A stretch of DNA of 63,984 nucleotides, filler included, from Octopus bimaculoides (lineage: Eukaryota): assembly GCF_001194135.2 (NCBI RefSeq). It is 5 parts of 5 records of this genome, joined end to end, with 100 filler letters (N's around TTAATTAATTAA, not from the genome) between each part and the next. Parts side by side here need not be neighbours in the genome. Positions count along the whole stretch, not along the records: positions 28,196 to 41,128 come from NC_068987.1; positions 41,229 to 55,813 come from NC_069003.1; 3 more parts are not named here. One strand, 5' to 3'. Shown here in pieces: positions 39,571 to 52,316 of the stretch. The position numbers and the translations under genes are program-made. How positions within the stretch are numbered: position 1 is the first letter of the stretch; every line of letters begins with the position of its first letter. The notes under the pieces were generated by a model. It had not been told where the DNA came from. It worked only from the letters and a program-made list of their open reading frames with translations, and ran no database searches.

Positions 39571-40290
39571 TTTATTTCATTTGGATCACGCCCTTTCAAT
39601 TGCTATAGATCCGTAACGCATCTTACAGCTGTGCCTGTCACCTTTATGGTGAGAAATCCTACATTGGGAATGGTAATGACTAACGTAAGGTAGCTGACTG
39701 CTTATTGTGATCATTCGTCTTTTGGTTTCCTGTAGCTTTGCTCCCTTTTACAAACCCAGTGGACATACATAAAGCGGTATTCTGCCTGTCTTTACGTTCT
39801 GAGTTCAGATTTGGCTTACATACTTTCGAGGTCAATAAAATTAGTACCACTTGAAGATTGGAGTCGATATAAACGACCTACTTCTCCTCCCGAAATTGCT
39901 GGCCTTGTGCCAAAATTTAAAATCAATTCGTAGCCAAGCTGAATTTGACGATATGCAATCGAATGACGAGTTGCGTATTATATATTCCCATTATATCTTC
40001 CTTCCTGTCATATGAACTCACACATAAATACTTGACAGTAGAATACATGAAATGCTTTGATTAAAAAATCGCCGAGAACAGTGATCCCCAATGTGGAGTA
40101 TGCTCGCTAATATGCACACTATCTTAGCTATAGAAAGAACACATTTGATAATGTGGTCCTAAATGGCCCCAAAACGACAGGATGGACGCAGCTAGAATAT
40201 ATATCTTAGATGATAAGTCTGACAAGTCAGGTCTCAGCTAGGGCTAAACAACAACTGAGACAAGAGAGCCACAATCTTAAGATACACACA

Positions 40291-40339
<49 letters not shown>

Positions 40340-41081
40340 AGTCACACGTATATATATATTATTTCAAAATAGTCGGAGTAGCATTAAGTTCTGATACATT
40401 TAGAAACGTCATGAAGATACAAAAAAATGTATACTATTTAGAAACTTTTTATAACTTACGTTGCCGAAGGTAAAATGATTAAAGAGATCTATTGCATTTA
40501 TGCTTTTTTGTTTTTGTTTCTGTTTGTCTAACAGAATTCAGATGATGTCGCTTTGTAAATTGGTTTGCGGAAAAAGAAAATATTTTCGTATTACACAACG
40601 TAAATATACTAAGATAGGGGAAGAGAAAAAGCAATAACAAATATGAGTATTTATGTTAATAATGACTCTTTCCCAAAAGCACAATTCTATGAAGTAAACA
40701 TAATTTTTGCATATGTTCCTACTCTCATGACAACAAAAACTTACGAAATATGAAAACAGCGTAGCATATTGAAACTAAGGACTTCCAGGTAAGAAAATAT
40801 TATAGAACCAGTGTTATTATATAATCACGACAAGTATGTATACTTGTATGTATGTAAGTATGTATGTATGTATGTATGCACGTATGTATGTAATTATGTC
40901 TGTCTGTCTGTCTGTATGTATGTATGTATGTATGTATGTATCTATCTATCTACCGACCGATCGATCGTTAAATTTGTCTATCTCCATAGCTATTTTTTTA
41001 TTATTATACATAGTTACATACATTCATACATACATACATATATAAATATATACATATATATATACATATATACTTACATAT

Positions 41082-41128
<47 letters not shown>

Positions 41129-41228
41129 NNNNNNNNNNNNNNNNNNNNNNNNNNNNNNNNNNNNNNNNNNNNTTAATTAATTAANNNNNNNNNNNNNNNN
41201 NNNNNNNNNNNNNNNNNNNNNNNNNNNN
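41129..41228. other. Artificial scaffold-join spacer
   Basis: 44 N + TTAATTAATTAA + 44 N. Confidence 0.93.
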
Positions 41229-42378
41229 TTTTTTTTTTTTTTTTTTTTGCTGGAATAACTGTTATTTTTTTTTTTTTGTCTTTTTCGTTAATCTATTTAA
41301 TACAACGAATCTGGAATATTCCACTTTGTTCTCCATTTCTTCCTTTTGTACAAATTCCAATTTTGCCTCATCATTGTTATTCTTATTGTCATTGTTGATT
41401 AGCTCCTAAAATCAGTTCTGATTAGTTCTGACTTGTGGTCAGAGCATTCCAGCCATGACCATCCTGTCTTTCTTTTTTTTTTTTTTCTTGGACAGTAAAA
41501 CAAGGATTGCATTATATCTAACACATCCCTTTTTGTATGTAGATGATGGGGTGCAATTAAAAAGGAGATTTGGCTGCTATTTCTAGCATATTGAGCGACC
41601 ACTTAGAGAGTCTTCCTCATTGGCTCGATTTTTGTCTTGTTTGCTTTTTTTTGGAAGAGAGCCAAACATATGTCTGGTCTGGCTGAATGGTAACTCTGGG
41701 TACATACACACACACCCTTCTTATTTGTCTAAGTGCGGTCCTGTATACCATCATCACCATTATGTATAGTTTATTTCCATATCAGAGCAGAGGCAGGATG
41801 AGTTTTGCATTGTTTTGCCACCAATCACATGCACCTAGTTTATTGACACAAAGGGGTTTTGTAATGTAAAGCGCACCTAGCTGCAACATATATATGCATG
41901 TACATAGATTAAAAAAATATATATACGCATATACATATATATATATATGTTTTTATATATATATATAATATATTTGATGAGAATGTGTGTCTGTCTGTGT
42001 GTCTGTGTGAATCCCTAAAACTCGATGGTTTATCTTTAGAATGGCATTGTAGGGTAGGTACGAGAAGTCAGATATGTCTGGTTTAACCCATTAGCATTCA
42101 GTCAGGTGTAATGCTTATTTATTCACATTGTTTTGAATTAATCATGCATTATCTTGAAGCTTCAATATTAATTACTATGAGTATGTGTGTGTGTGTAGGT
42201 GTGCCTACAGAGGCTTTGGTTATTGTTTCCTACAATTATTTAATTCTATTAAATTCATTTTACTTCCCTATTTGCTAGAAAAGCTACAGCAGAAAACTGT
42301 ATGTGCACACAGCGTTTGCTCCATGTTTCCTACAATTATGTAACTCTACTTAATTTATTTTACTTCCCTGCTCATTAG

Positions 42379-42584
42379 AAACCTACAGCAGAAAACATTG
42401 ACAGAAACCTGTCTGGGACTGTACACTCTCGAGAAAAGACTGAAATATGAAAGTAAAGAGCTTTATAGGCTGAGGAAAGCAGCTGAGAAATCCTGCGAGG
42501 ATAAGGTTATCCAGCAGAGCAGAGATAGTTCGGCTAAAGAAGGCCGACACCATGAACGGCCGGAGAAAGCAGCATCTCGACGCC
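42379..42584 (+). CDS. CEP350: CEP350-like internal exon (phase 2 to 1)
   Basis: ctcattag| acceptor and |gtgagt donor. Open frame NLQQKTLTETCLGLYTLEKRLKYESKELYRLRKAA..., in phase with the next exon. It resembles the KRRLDAEEAEIRQMEKQA coiled coil of vertebrate CEP350 as I recall it. Confidence 0.62.
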
Positions 42585-42696
42585 GTGAGTATTTGTAATC
42601 ATTCTCATCGTGGTGCATGGGTAGAAGTCGTGGGGTCTGGGCTGTAGTGTCTAGGATGTAGTAGGGGTATTTAGGTTGTAGTTATGACTGGTATGA

Positions 42697-43047
42697 GTGG
42701 AGGCGCAATGGCCCAATGGTTAGGGCAGCGGACTCTCGGTCATAGGATCACGGTTTCGATTCCCAGACCGGGTGTTGTGAGTGTTTATTGAGCGAAAACA
42801 CCGAAAGCTCCACGAGGCTCTGGCAAGGGATGGTGGTAACCCCTGCTGTACTCTTTCACCACACCTTTCTCTTACTCTTTCTTCCTGTTTCTGTTGTGCC
42901 TGTAATTCAAAGGGCCAGCCTTGTCACACTGTGTCACGCTGAATATCCCCGAGAACTGCATTAAGGGTACACGTGTCTGTGGAGTGCTCAGCCACTTGCA
43001 CGTTAATTTCACGAGCAGGCTGTTCCATTGATCGGATCAACTGGAAC
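42697..43047 (+). mobile_element. tRNA-derived SINE family C (3' end in gap)
   Basis: Highly similar to 17151-17517, with A and B boxes. Confidence 0.9.
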
Positions 43048-43492
43048 NNNNNNNNNNNNNNNNNNNNNNNNNNNNNNNNNNNNNNNNNNNNNNNNNNNNN
43101 NNNNNNNNNNNNNNNNNNNNNNNNNNNNNNNNNNNNNNNNNNNNNNNNNNNNNNNNNNNNNNNNNNNNNNNNNNNNNNNNNNNNNNNNNNNNNNNNNNNN
43201 NNNNNNNNNNNNNNNNNNNNNNNNNNNNNNNNNNNNNNNNNNNNNNNNNNNNNNNNNNNNNNNNNNNNNNNNNNNNNNNNNNNNNNNNNNNNNNNNNNNN
43301 NNNNNNNNNNNNNNNNNNNNNNNNNNNNNNNNNNNNNNNNNNNNNNNNNNNNNNNNNNNNNNNNNNNNNNNNNNNNNNNNNNNNNNNNNNNNNNNNNNNN
43401 NNNNNNNNNNNNNNNNNNNNNNNNNNNNNNNNNNNNNNNNNNNNNNNNNNNNNNNNNNNNNNNNNNNNNNNNNNNNNNNNNNNNNNNNTTAA

Positions 43493-43770
43493 CCCATTAC
43501 CTCCCATAATTCTATTAAGTGGAATTTTTTTTATGAATCTTTGATTTCTAGCATAAAACAGCTTTAGAAACACACTGGAATGATCAAAATAACATTTTAA
43601 ATAGAAATAAGCGAGATATTGGGTGAAAAATGAGCAAACCTCATTTGAACATCAGAGAAATATACCTAGTAGATATAGCAAAAAGGTTAGATATGTGTAA
43701 ATATTGACAGATGATTACGAAATTTGTAATTTTTAAGTGATCTCATATGAGATCACTGGTAGGTAATGGG
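43493..43770. mobile_element. piggyBac-type MITE
   Basis: TTAA-CCCATTACCT(C)CC ... GGTAGGTAATGGG-TTAA: TIRs plus TTAA TSD. Confidence 0.8.
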
Positions 43771-43801
43771 TTAAATGACATTTCAATTATCTTTTCGACA
43801 G

Positions 43802-44174
43802 GTCACGAAAACGCTTCCACGCCAGCTGAGGAAAGTTATGCTTCGACAATAACACCCAGTTGGAAAGAGAAGAATTCTGCAAGTAGTAAATTGGGCTCAA
43901 CTAGCAAAACACTGCACCACACCGCCAGTGGCAGTAGTAGTAGTAGTGGTAGTAGTAGCAAAGCAACAAGCTCTATTAGTGAAGAACTCAGCAACAAACA
44001 TCTATCGTCTTCAATTGGTGAGAGCATCGGCAGCAAGAACAAGTCCCAGAAGACTTTCAGTGGCAGCAGCAACAGCGCTGCCAATAGTAAGTCCATTCCG
44101 GAAGCAATAAAGACATTGAGTGGATTAAATGGAAATGACATTTCTCACTCATCGAGCATCAAAGACAAAATCAA
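43802..44174 (+). CDS. CEP350: CEP350-like Ser-rich internal exon (phase 1 to 2)
   Basis: cttttcgacag| acceptor and |gtaaga donor. Open frame (HENASTPAEESY...SSSIKDKI), with phases matching both neighbours. Confidence 0.78.
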
Positions 44175-44258
44175 GTAAGATCAGTCATGAGTTTTGATTC
44201 TTAGAATTCCTTAGGTTTTGTTTTTTATTTATTTATTGTTTTGACATCCATACTTGTT

Positions 44259-44526
44259 CATTATTTACATTGGACGGATATATGTCTTCATTTTGTTGTT
44301 ACCACAATGTTTCGGCTGATTTACTCTCCAGCCTTCATCAGGTGTCCTGGCAGAATTCTGAACTCAACCCTGGGTTCTCATTCCTAAGGTATTTTTTGGC
44401 TGATGTTGTTATTATTATTATTTATTCAAGGCACTGCCATTATTATTTATTCAAGGCACTGCCTGGAATTGAACTCGCAATGTTGGGGTTAGTAACCCAC
44501 GCTCTTAACCATTACGTTATATGCCC
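44259..44526 (-). mobile_element. tRNA-headed short element carrying a hammerhead ribozyme motif
   Basis: Minus strand: GGGCATATAACGTAATGGTTAAGAGCG...GAGTTCAATTCC (A/B boxes), an (AAT)n linker, then gacac-CTGATGA-a-ggctg(gagagtaaat)cagcc-GAAAC-ATT-gtggt, and the same 3' sequence as the arms at 26274-26495. Confidence 0.72.
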
Positions 44527-45247
44527 ATGGGCAATTATGGAGTGAATTTTAGGGCTTATAAACCTAATATTTTTGTATCCTTCCTTAATACCAGTTCCCA
44601 TATTCTGCTCATATAAGTAGAATACGGGAACCGGTATTAACGAAGGATACAATTATGATTTCACTTGGCTTGACAGGTCTTCACAAATTTTTTAAAAAAA
44701 ATCTGGTACTTATTATATCAGTCTCTTCTGTAAAAACTGCCAAGTTAAGGGGATGTAAACAAACCAAGACCGGTTATCAAGTTGTGGAGTGTGGTACATT
44801 AAATAGACACACACACACACGCAGAGGAAAGGCTTCCACACAGTTCCATCTACCAAATTCACTCACAAGGCATTAGTTGGCCCAGGGCTATAGTAGAAGA
44901 CACTTGCTCCAGTTGCCAAGCAGTGGGACTGAACCCAGAACCATGTGGTTCATAAGCAAGCTACTTACCACACAGCTACTCCTACGCCTATATTTATTTA
45001 TTTATTTATTTATTTATTTATTTTTTGTGGTGTATTTGATTTGGTTGAATCATAGCAAATGGGAGCAGGCAGCATTGGAAGGCATTTGTAAAGTAAGAAA
45101 GGAAATAATAGTTAAAAAGAAAGTTTGTGTAGCACAACTTTAAAATCAACATTTCTGATCTTGATAAAGGGCAAAAGATAACTCTGTTGATTTCACATGC
45201 ATTCTTTCAAAGACACAATAGGTTGCTGACATTTAAAGAATTTTTTC

Positions 45248-45283
<36 letters not shown>

Positions 45284-45299
45284 CTGTTGAATTAAGCTG

Positions 45300-45334
<35 letters not shown>

Positions 45335-45615
45335 TTCTTGTTTGCATGGATCAGACAGAATTTATTGAGGCAGATTTTTCTATGGCCGAATGTCCTTCCT
45401 GTTCCCGACCTTAACTTGTTTCCAAGCAAGATTAATGTTTTCCTATGCCATTTGCTTGATATGTCTTTCCATGAAAGACTGGAAACAAAATGGAAAACAA
45501 GCAACCGTGCTTGTATGACAGTGATGCTCATTTACGATCATCACAGGATGTCAAGACAAGGATACATGCAAACACATTCATAAACATACATACACACACA
45601 CATGTGTGTATGTAT

Positions 45616-45658
<43 letters not shown>

Positions 45659-46454
45659 NNNNNNNNNNNNNNNNNNNNNNNNNNNNNNNNNNNNNNNNNN
45701 NNNNNNNNNNNNNNNNNNNNNNNNNNNNNNNNNNNNNNNNNNNNNNNNNNNNNNNNNNNNNNNNNNNNNNNNNNNNNNNNNNNNNNNNNNNNNNNNNNNN
45801 NNNNNNNNNNNNNNNNNNNNNNNNNNNNNNNNNNNNNNNNNNNNNNNNNNNNNNNNNNNNNNNNNNNNNNNNNNNNNNNNNNNNNNNNNNNNNNNNNNNN
45901 NNNNNNNNNNNNNNNNNNNNNNNNNNNNNNNTATATATATATATATATATGTATACACGTATATATATTTATGCATGTGTGTCTGTTTGTCCCCCAACTG
46001 TCGCTTGACAACTGATGTTGGTGTGTTTACGTCCCCGTAACTTAGCAATTCAGCAAAAGAGACTGATAGAATAAGTACTAGGCTTACAAAGAATAAGTCC
46101 TAGGGTCAATTTCTTTGACTAAAAACACCTGAAGGCAGTGCCCCAGCATGGCCGCAGTCAAGTGACTGAAATGTGTAAAAGAGTAAAAGTGTATATACAG
46201 TGGACTTCTTTTAGTTTCGGTCAGCCTAATTCACTCTCAAAGCATTGGTCAGTCTTGGTCTATTGTAGAAGACACTTACCTAAAGTGCCTCACAGTGGGA
46301 TTGAACTGAAGATCTTACGGTTTGGAAGCAAGCTTCTTAACCACAGGGTCATGCCTATGCCTACCTCCACACTTGTGTCTAATCACTTGATTTAAATGCT
46401 CTGCCGATCAGTTTTGGCCCTTTGCTAGATTTATTGCTTATCGTTTTCTAACAG

Positions 46455-46663
46455 GTCTTCAAACTGTGAATCCGGAGAGAACACACCCATCACCGAAGAG
46501 TACAGCCACACATTTGAAACCTCGGTCAATAACAGCTTGAAGACATCTCTTCGACAGCTACTGAGTCCATTGGTTGGCAGCCGGAACAACAGCTTCTCGT
46601 TCAGGTCATCTTGTCAAAAGCGTCGCGGCTCTGAAAGTGACACAGAAGATTCTTTTCATTCAG
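46455..46663 (+). CDS. CEP350: CEP350-like internal exon (phase 2 to 1)
   Basis: ttttctaacag| acceptor and |gtgaga donor. Reads SSNCESGE...KRRGSESDTEDSFHS. Confidence 0.85.
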
Positions 46664-46970
46664 GTGAGAACTTCTTGGATTTGTCTCAGCACTTTTTGTT
46701 GTTGTTTTTTTTACTTTGCTTGCCTTTCTTCTCGTGCTCATTTTTGTGAACCTCATCTTTATCTTTTACTTGTTTCATTCATTGGACTATGGTCATACTG
46801 GAGCACAAACTCATTAGGGCTTTATTCAAACATATTGCCTCTGGTACTTTTTTTTTTTTTTTAAATCAGTTTGGTGCTTATTCTAGCAGTCTCCTTTGCT
46901 GAGCTGCTAAGTTAGATCATCATCATAATTTAATGTCCATTTTCCATGCTGGCATGAGTTGGACAGTTTT

Positions 46971-47128
46971 GAGTGGTTGGCGTTAGGAAGGGCATCCAGC
47001 TGTAGAAACTCTGCCAAATCAGACTGGAGCCTGGTGTTGCCATCCGGTTTCACCAGTCCTCAGTCAAATCGTCCAACCCATGCTAGCATGGAAAGCGGAC
47101 GTTAAACGATGATGATGATGATGATGAT
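46971..47128 (+). mobile_element. Young retroelement 3' end with (GAT)n tail (family E), inserted in an older antisense copy (about 46918-47260)
   Basis: Identical over 148 bp to the reverse complement of 47708-47855. Diverged relatives lie at about 49790, 50155, 50620 and 58510-59190. Confidence 0.85.
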
Positions 47129-47675
47129 GGCAAGCTGGCGAACCACACCAGGCTCCAGTCATCTGTTTTAGCATCGTTTCTATGGCTGGATGCCCTTCCT
47201 AATGCCAACCACTTTGCAGAGTGTAATGGGTGCTTATACATGGTGACAGTACAAATGCTCTCTCACATGGTGCCGACGCATGGGTGCTTTACACATGACA
47301 CTGGCGCAGGTGCTATTCACATGGCACCATAGACATAAACAAACCAACACTGGTTGTCAAGCCATAGAGAGGACAAACACTCACACATGCACACACACAC
47401 ATACACACACACACAATGATGGACTTCCACACAGTTTCCATTTACCAAATTCACTCTCAAGGATTTAGTTGGCCTGCTGGAGCTATAGTAGAGGACACTT
47501 GCCCAAGGTGCCATGCAGTGGGACTGAACTCAAGATGACAGGGTTAGGAAGCATGATTTTCAACCACACAGCCATGCCTGTCCCTTATCTAGGAGTAAAT
47601 AAAGTTGGTCAACCATTGACAGGTCTCTTTGTCTTGACTGCTTGACAACAGAAACATTCATTAAGAAAGATGTCC

Positions 47676-47707
<32 letters not shown>

Positions 47708-47708
<1 letters not shown>

Positions 47709-47881
47709 CATCATCATCGTTTAACGTCCGCTTTCCATGCTAGCATGGGTTGGACGATTTGACTGAGGACTGGTGAAACCGGATGGCAACACCAGGCTCC
47801 AGTCTGATTTGGCAGAGTTTCTACAGCTGGATGCCCTTCCTAACGCCAACCACTCAGAGAGTGTAGTGGGTGCTTTTACGT
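47708..47881 (-). mobile_element. Family E retroelement 3' end (continues into gap)
   Basis: tcatcatcatcgtttaacgtccgctttccatgctagc... Confidence 0.85.
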
Positions 47882-48744
47882 NNNNNNNNNNNNNNNNNNN
47901 NNNNNNNNNNNNNNNNNNNNNNNNNNNNNNNNNNNNNNNNNNNNNNNNNNNNNNNNNNNNNNNNNNNNNNNNNNNNNNNNNNNNNNNNNNNNNNNNNNNN
48001 NNNNNNNNNNNNNNNNNNNNNNNNNNNNNNNNNNNNNNNNNNNNNNNNNNNNNNNNNNNNNNNNNNNNNNNNNNNNNNNNNNNNNNNNNNNNNNNNNNNN
48101 NNNNNNNNNNNNNNNNNNNNNNNNNNNNNNNNNNNNNNNNNNNNNNNNNNNNNNNNNNNNNNNNNNNNNNNNNNNNNNNNNNNNNNNNNNNNNNNNNNNN
48201 NNNNNNNNNNNNNNNNNNNNNNNNNNNNNNNNNNNNNNNNNNNNNNNNNNNNNNNNNNNNNNNNNNNNNNNNNNNNNNNNNNNNNNNNNNNNNNNNNNNN
48301 NNNNNNNNNNNNNNNNNNNNNNNNNNNNNNNNNNNNNNNNNNNNNNNNNNNNNNNNNNNNNNNNNNNNNNNNNNNNNNNNNNNNNNNNNNNNNNNNNNNN
48401 NNNNNNNNNNNNNNNNNNNNNNNNNNNNNNNNNNNNNNNNNNNNNNNNNNNNNNNNNNNNNNNNNNNNNNNNNNNNNNNNNNNNNNNNNNNNNNNNNNNN
48501 NNNNNNNNNNNNNNNNNNNNNNNNNNNNNNNNNNNNNNNNNNNNNNNNNNNNNNNNNNNNNNNNNNNNNNNNNNNNNNNNNNNNNNNNNNNNNNNNNNNN
48601 NNNNNNNNNNNNNNNNNNNNNNNNNNNNNNNNNNNNNNNNNNNNNNNNNNNNNNNNNNNNNNNNNNNNNNNNNNNNNNNNNNNNNNNNNNNNNNNNNNNN
48701 NNNNNNNNNNNNNNNNNNNNNNNNNNNNNNNNNNNNNNNNNNNN

Positions 48745-48778
<34 letters not shown>

Positions 48779-49189
48779 CGTTTGTTATCTCCCCCTTTCT
48801 TAGCTCTCCTGAAATAAGAATTTCTAACTTCCAGTCAGCCATTGTTATGATCGGCCATTATTATGATTGACCGTTGACTGAACACTATTCAATTTTTTTT
48901 CTCCATGTTTTTCTCCTTGTCTCCGTATTCTTTCTGTTGAAGAGCGTAGCTCGAGACGTCAAAGACTTTCCGTATTCCCGAGCGTCATACTAATATATAC
49001 TTTTGTTATTTACACCACCTGTCCTCGTCTGTTGTTATTATTTGTATATTCTCCCATATATATATATACACACATTTATATATGTATACATATATATATA
49101 AGTATATATGTATATGTATAAATATCTATATATGTGTATATATGTATAAGTACATATATATGTGTGTGTGTGTATATATATGTCTTTGG

Positions 49190-49252
<63 letters not shown>

Positions 49253-49388
49253 GGAGAATTTACGAAAAAAACAACAGACGAGGACAGGTGGTGTAAACAA
49301 CAAAAGGATATATATATATATATATGTATGTATGTGTGTGTATATATNNNNNNNNNNNNNNNNNNNNNNNNNNNNNNNNNNNNNNNNA

Positions 49389-49430
<42 letters not shown>

Positions 49431-49515
49431 TACATGCATGTGTATATATATGTATGTATTGTAAGAGAAAGAGAGAGAGAGAAGTGTCATGTTCCTGTTT
49501 TTTGTTGTGTTGCAG

Positions 49516-49676
49516 AAACTCTGTCGGACGTCAGTGACATCGAAGTGAGGATCCGAGCATTGTCCGAAGATTTGAAGAAGAAGAAAGCCGAAGCGGATCG
49601 ACTCCGACGGGAGCGCAGGAATAAACACCGTGAGAAACTGAAAGCCCAGGAAGAATCTCTGGTGAAACAGATTGAG
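49516..49676 (+). CDS. CEP350: CEP350-like coiled-coil exon (phase 1 to 0)
   Basis: tgtgttgcag| acceptor and |gtcagt donor. ETLSDVSDIEVRIRALSEDLKKKK...EKLKAQEESLVKQIE matches the CEP350 segment ETTSDQSDIEGRIRALKDELRKRK...ERLKAQEASLIKQLE (recalled, not searched). Confidence 0.92.
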
Positions 49677-49722
49677 GTCAGTTGACGAATGGAAATGGTT
49701 TTTTTTTTTTTACTATCTAGAC

Positions 49723-49754
<32 letters not shown>

Positions 49755-51303
49755 GCGTGCGCACACACCATCCTCATCATCATTTCATCATCTTTTAATG
49801 TACCCTTTCCTGGTATGGTTTGACAGGAACTGACAAGCGAGAGGGCTCTGCTAAGTTTTATGCTTGTTCTGGCATGGTTTCTATAACTGGATGGCGGCCT
49901 TCCTAATTTCAACCAGTCAACAGGGCGTATTTTTATGCGGTACAAGCTCTAGTGAGGTCGCCAAGTACCCACAAGATAAGACCCCCTCACCTGAGTGGGG
50001 TCAGAGACTGGAGGAATAAGAAACTATGATAGAGGTGGAGAAGTAGGTGTCTTGCTGAAGAGGTGAATACATGGCTTGCCCACTTGGAAAGTGAGAGGGA
50101 GAAAGAGAGAGATGTGAGGTCCAGGTACATAAGATATATATGTATATATATCATCATCGTTGTTGTTTAACATCCACTCTCCATGCTGGCATGGATTGGG
50201 TGGTTTGGCATGGAGCTGCCCAGGTTCCAGATGTCTGTGAGTAAACTTCTCACTAGAGGGCTCTTCTGATGCTAAACTTAAGGTTTAAAATTTTAAAAAT
50301 TTGTGATGGCCATCATCATTGTCATCATTGTCAATGTCATCATAATCATTGTCATTGTTGTCATCATCGTCATTGTCATTATCATCGGTGTCATCATCAT
50401 TGTTGTTTACCTCATTGTAAACTGTATTATTGTACCTAGCCATTTCTGGCATCCTACGTGTTGTTGTGCCTAGATTCTCTTGAATCCTTATAACTGGGCT
50501 GTCGGGTTTCACGGAGGCAATGACCCAAACCTTTGGCATTATGTCATGCTTGAGAAGATTCACCAAGCTGAGCAAAATCGCAGAACGAATGTTTTTTTTA
50601 TATATATCATGTGTGTGTTTCGTTTAACGTCCGCTTTCCATGCTAGCATGGGTGTGTGTGTAATCTTCTGATGCCTCTCCAACTGTCATCTCTTCCCACA
50701 ACTGGCCCTAGTTCTTCCGGCACCTCTCTCTCTCTGTTTCTCCCTCTCTGTCTCTCTCTCTATCACCGTTTCTCTTCTCCATGTTGCAAAAGACAAACAG
50801 AAGCTCCATAGGTAGAGGGGATTACATTTTGTGGGGCACGTGGCAGCCTCACTGGCACGGATGCCTTTCTACAATACACCCTGTGCGCACTGTAAAACAG
50901 CCGGCAGGTGATCAGAAACAGCAAAGGGTTGAGAGGACCCATTATTCTAGTCAAGGTCGTGGTTATCTTTTGTCATGGTGTACTACAATAAAATCCCTCC
51001 TTCCACCTTGGTACACTCTGTAACGCAATGGGTGTTAAGGAAGGGTACCCAGCTTTAGAAATCAAGTGAAAATTAGGAAAAATATGGATAAGATGTAGTA
51101 CTTGACACTTCTGGGAGGGTTAGGGTTAGTCTGAATAAGAACCAAGTTGGATCAAGACAACTCCTCTAACCCATGCTTGGATGTAAAATGCTGATGGAGA
51201 CTGTGTGTGTGTTTGTGTGTGTGTACACCTCTCTCTCTCCCTGTTTCTCTTATACAAACATACATGTGTGTATGTGAGTATGTATGTTGTGTGTGTCTGT
51301 ATT

Positions 51304-51338
<35 letters not shown>

Positions 51339-52243
51339 CCTTTTTTCTGTGACTTTGGTCACAGCTCTGTAGGAACTGCAATGTGAAGATTGTATTTGTA
51401 ATGCAGTTATTGATTTTTCTGCCATTTTTCAATATTGGACATTGTGTCTGTGAATGATTTCTTCTCCCTTGCACACACTCACACACACACACAATACACT
51501 ATCTCTCTCTCTCTGTCTCACACATACACACATACACTCTCTCTCTCTCTCACACACAGGCTTACATATGCACACACACACACACACACACACACTCTCA
51601 CACACAGACACACACGCTTACTCTCATACACTCTCACACATGCATACACTATCTCACTTTTTCTCTCACACACACACTTTATCTTTCCTTCACACACGCA
51701 CAGACACACACATACACACTCGCACACGCTATCTTTCTCTCTCTCACACAAACACTCTCTATCTCTCCTTCACACACACACACACCCTTGCACACACACT
51801 GGATGTGCTAGTTATTTAGTAATTTCTGTTCAATGCAGTTGAATGTGATGTTATGTCCTTCTAAGACTTCTGCTTCAAGAAATGTGTCGGAGAGAGAGAG
51901 AATGAGCGAGAGAGAGAGAGAGAGAGATGGGTAGGTAGGTGGGGAGTTAATTAAAATGAAAACGGGAGTTCGTTAGACAATTGAATGTTTTTGAACCTGC
52001 AGATGTTTTTTTGTATGAATATTCGTATAGTTGTGTGTGTGTGTGTGTGTGTGCGAGTGTATGAGCGTGTATGTGGATATATATGTTTGTTGTTTATATA
52101 CGCACATATATATGTATATATGTGTGTAAGTATATGTTTGTGTGTGTATGTGTATATATGTAGGTGTGTATGTATGAATGTGTGTGTGTGTATATATGTT
52201 TGTGTGTATGCAAACATATATGAATGTTGCTTATGAGTATGTT

Positions 52244-52316
<73 letters not shown>

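Noticed and set aside
48930-48970. Hammerhead-like TTGAAGAGCGTAGCTCGAGACGTC
   Set aside because: C3 and the GAAA are both altered and stem II does not pair cleanly. At best a dead or variant motif.
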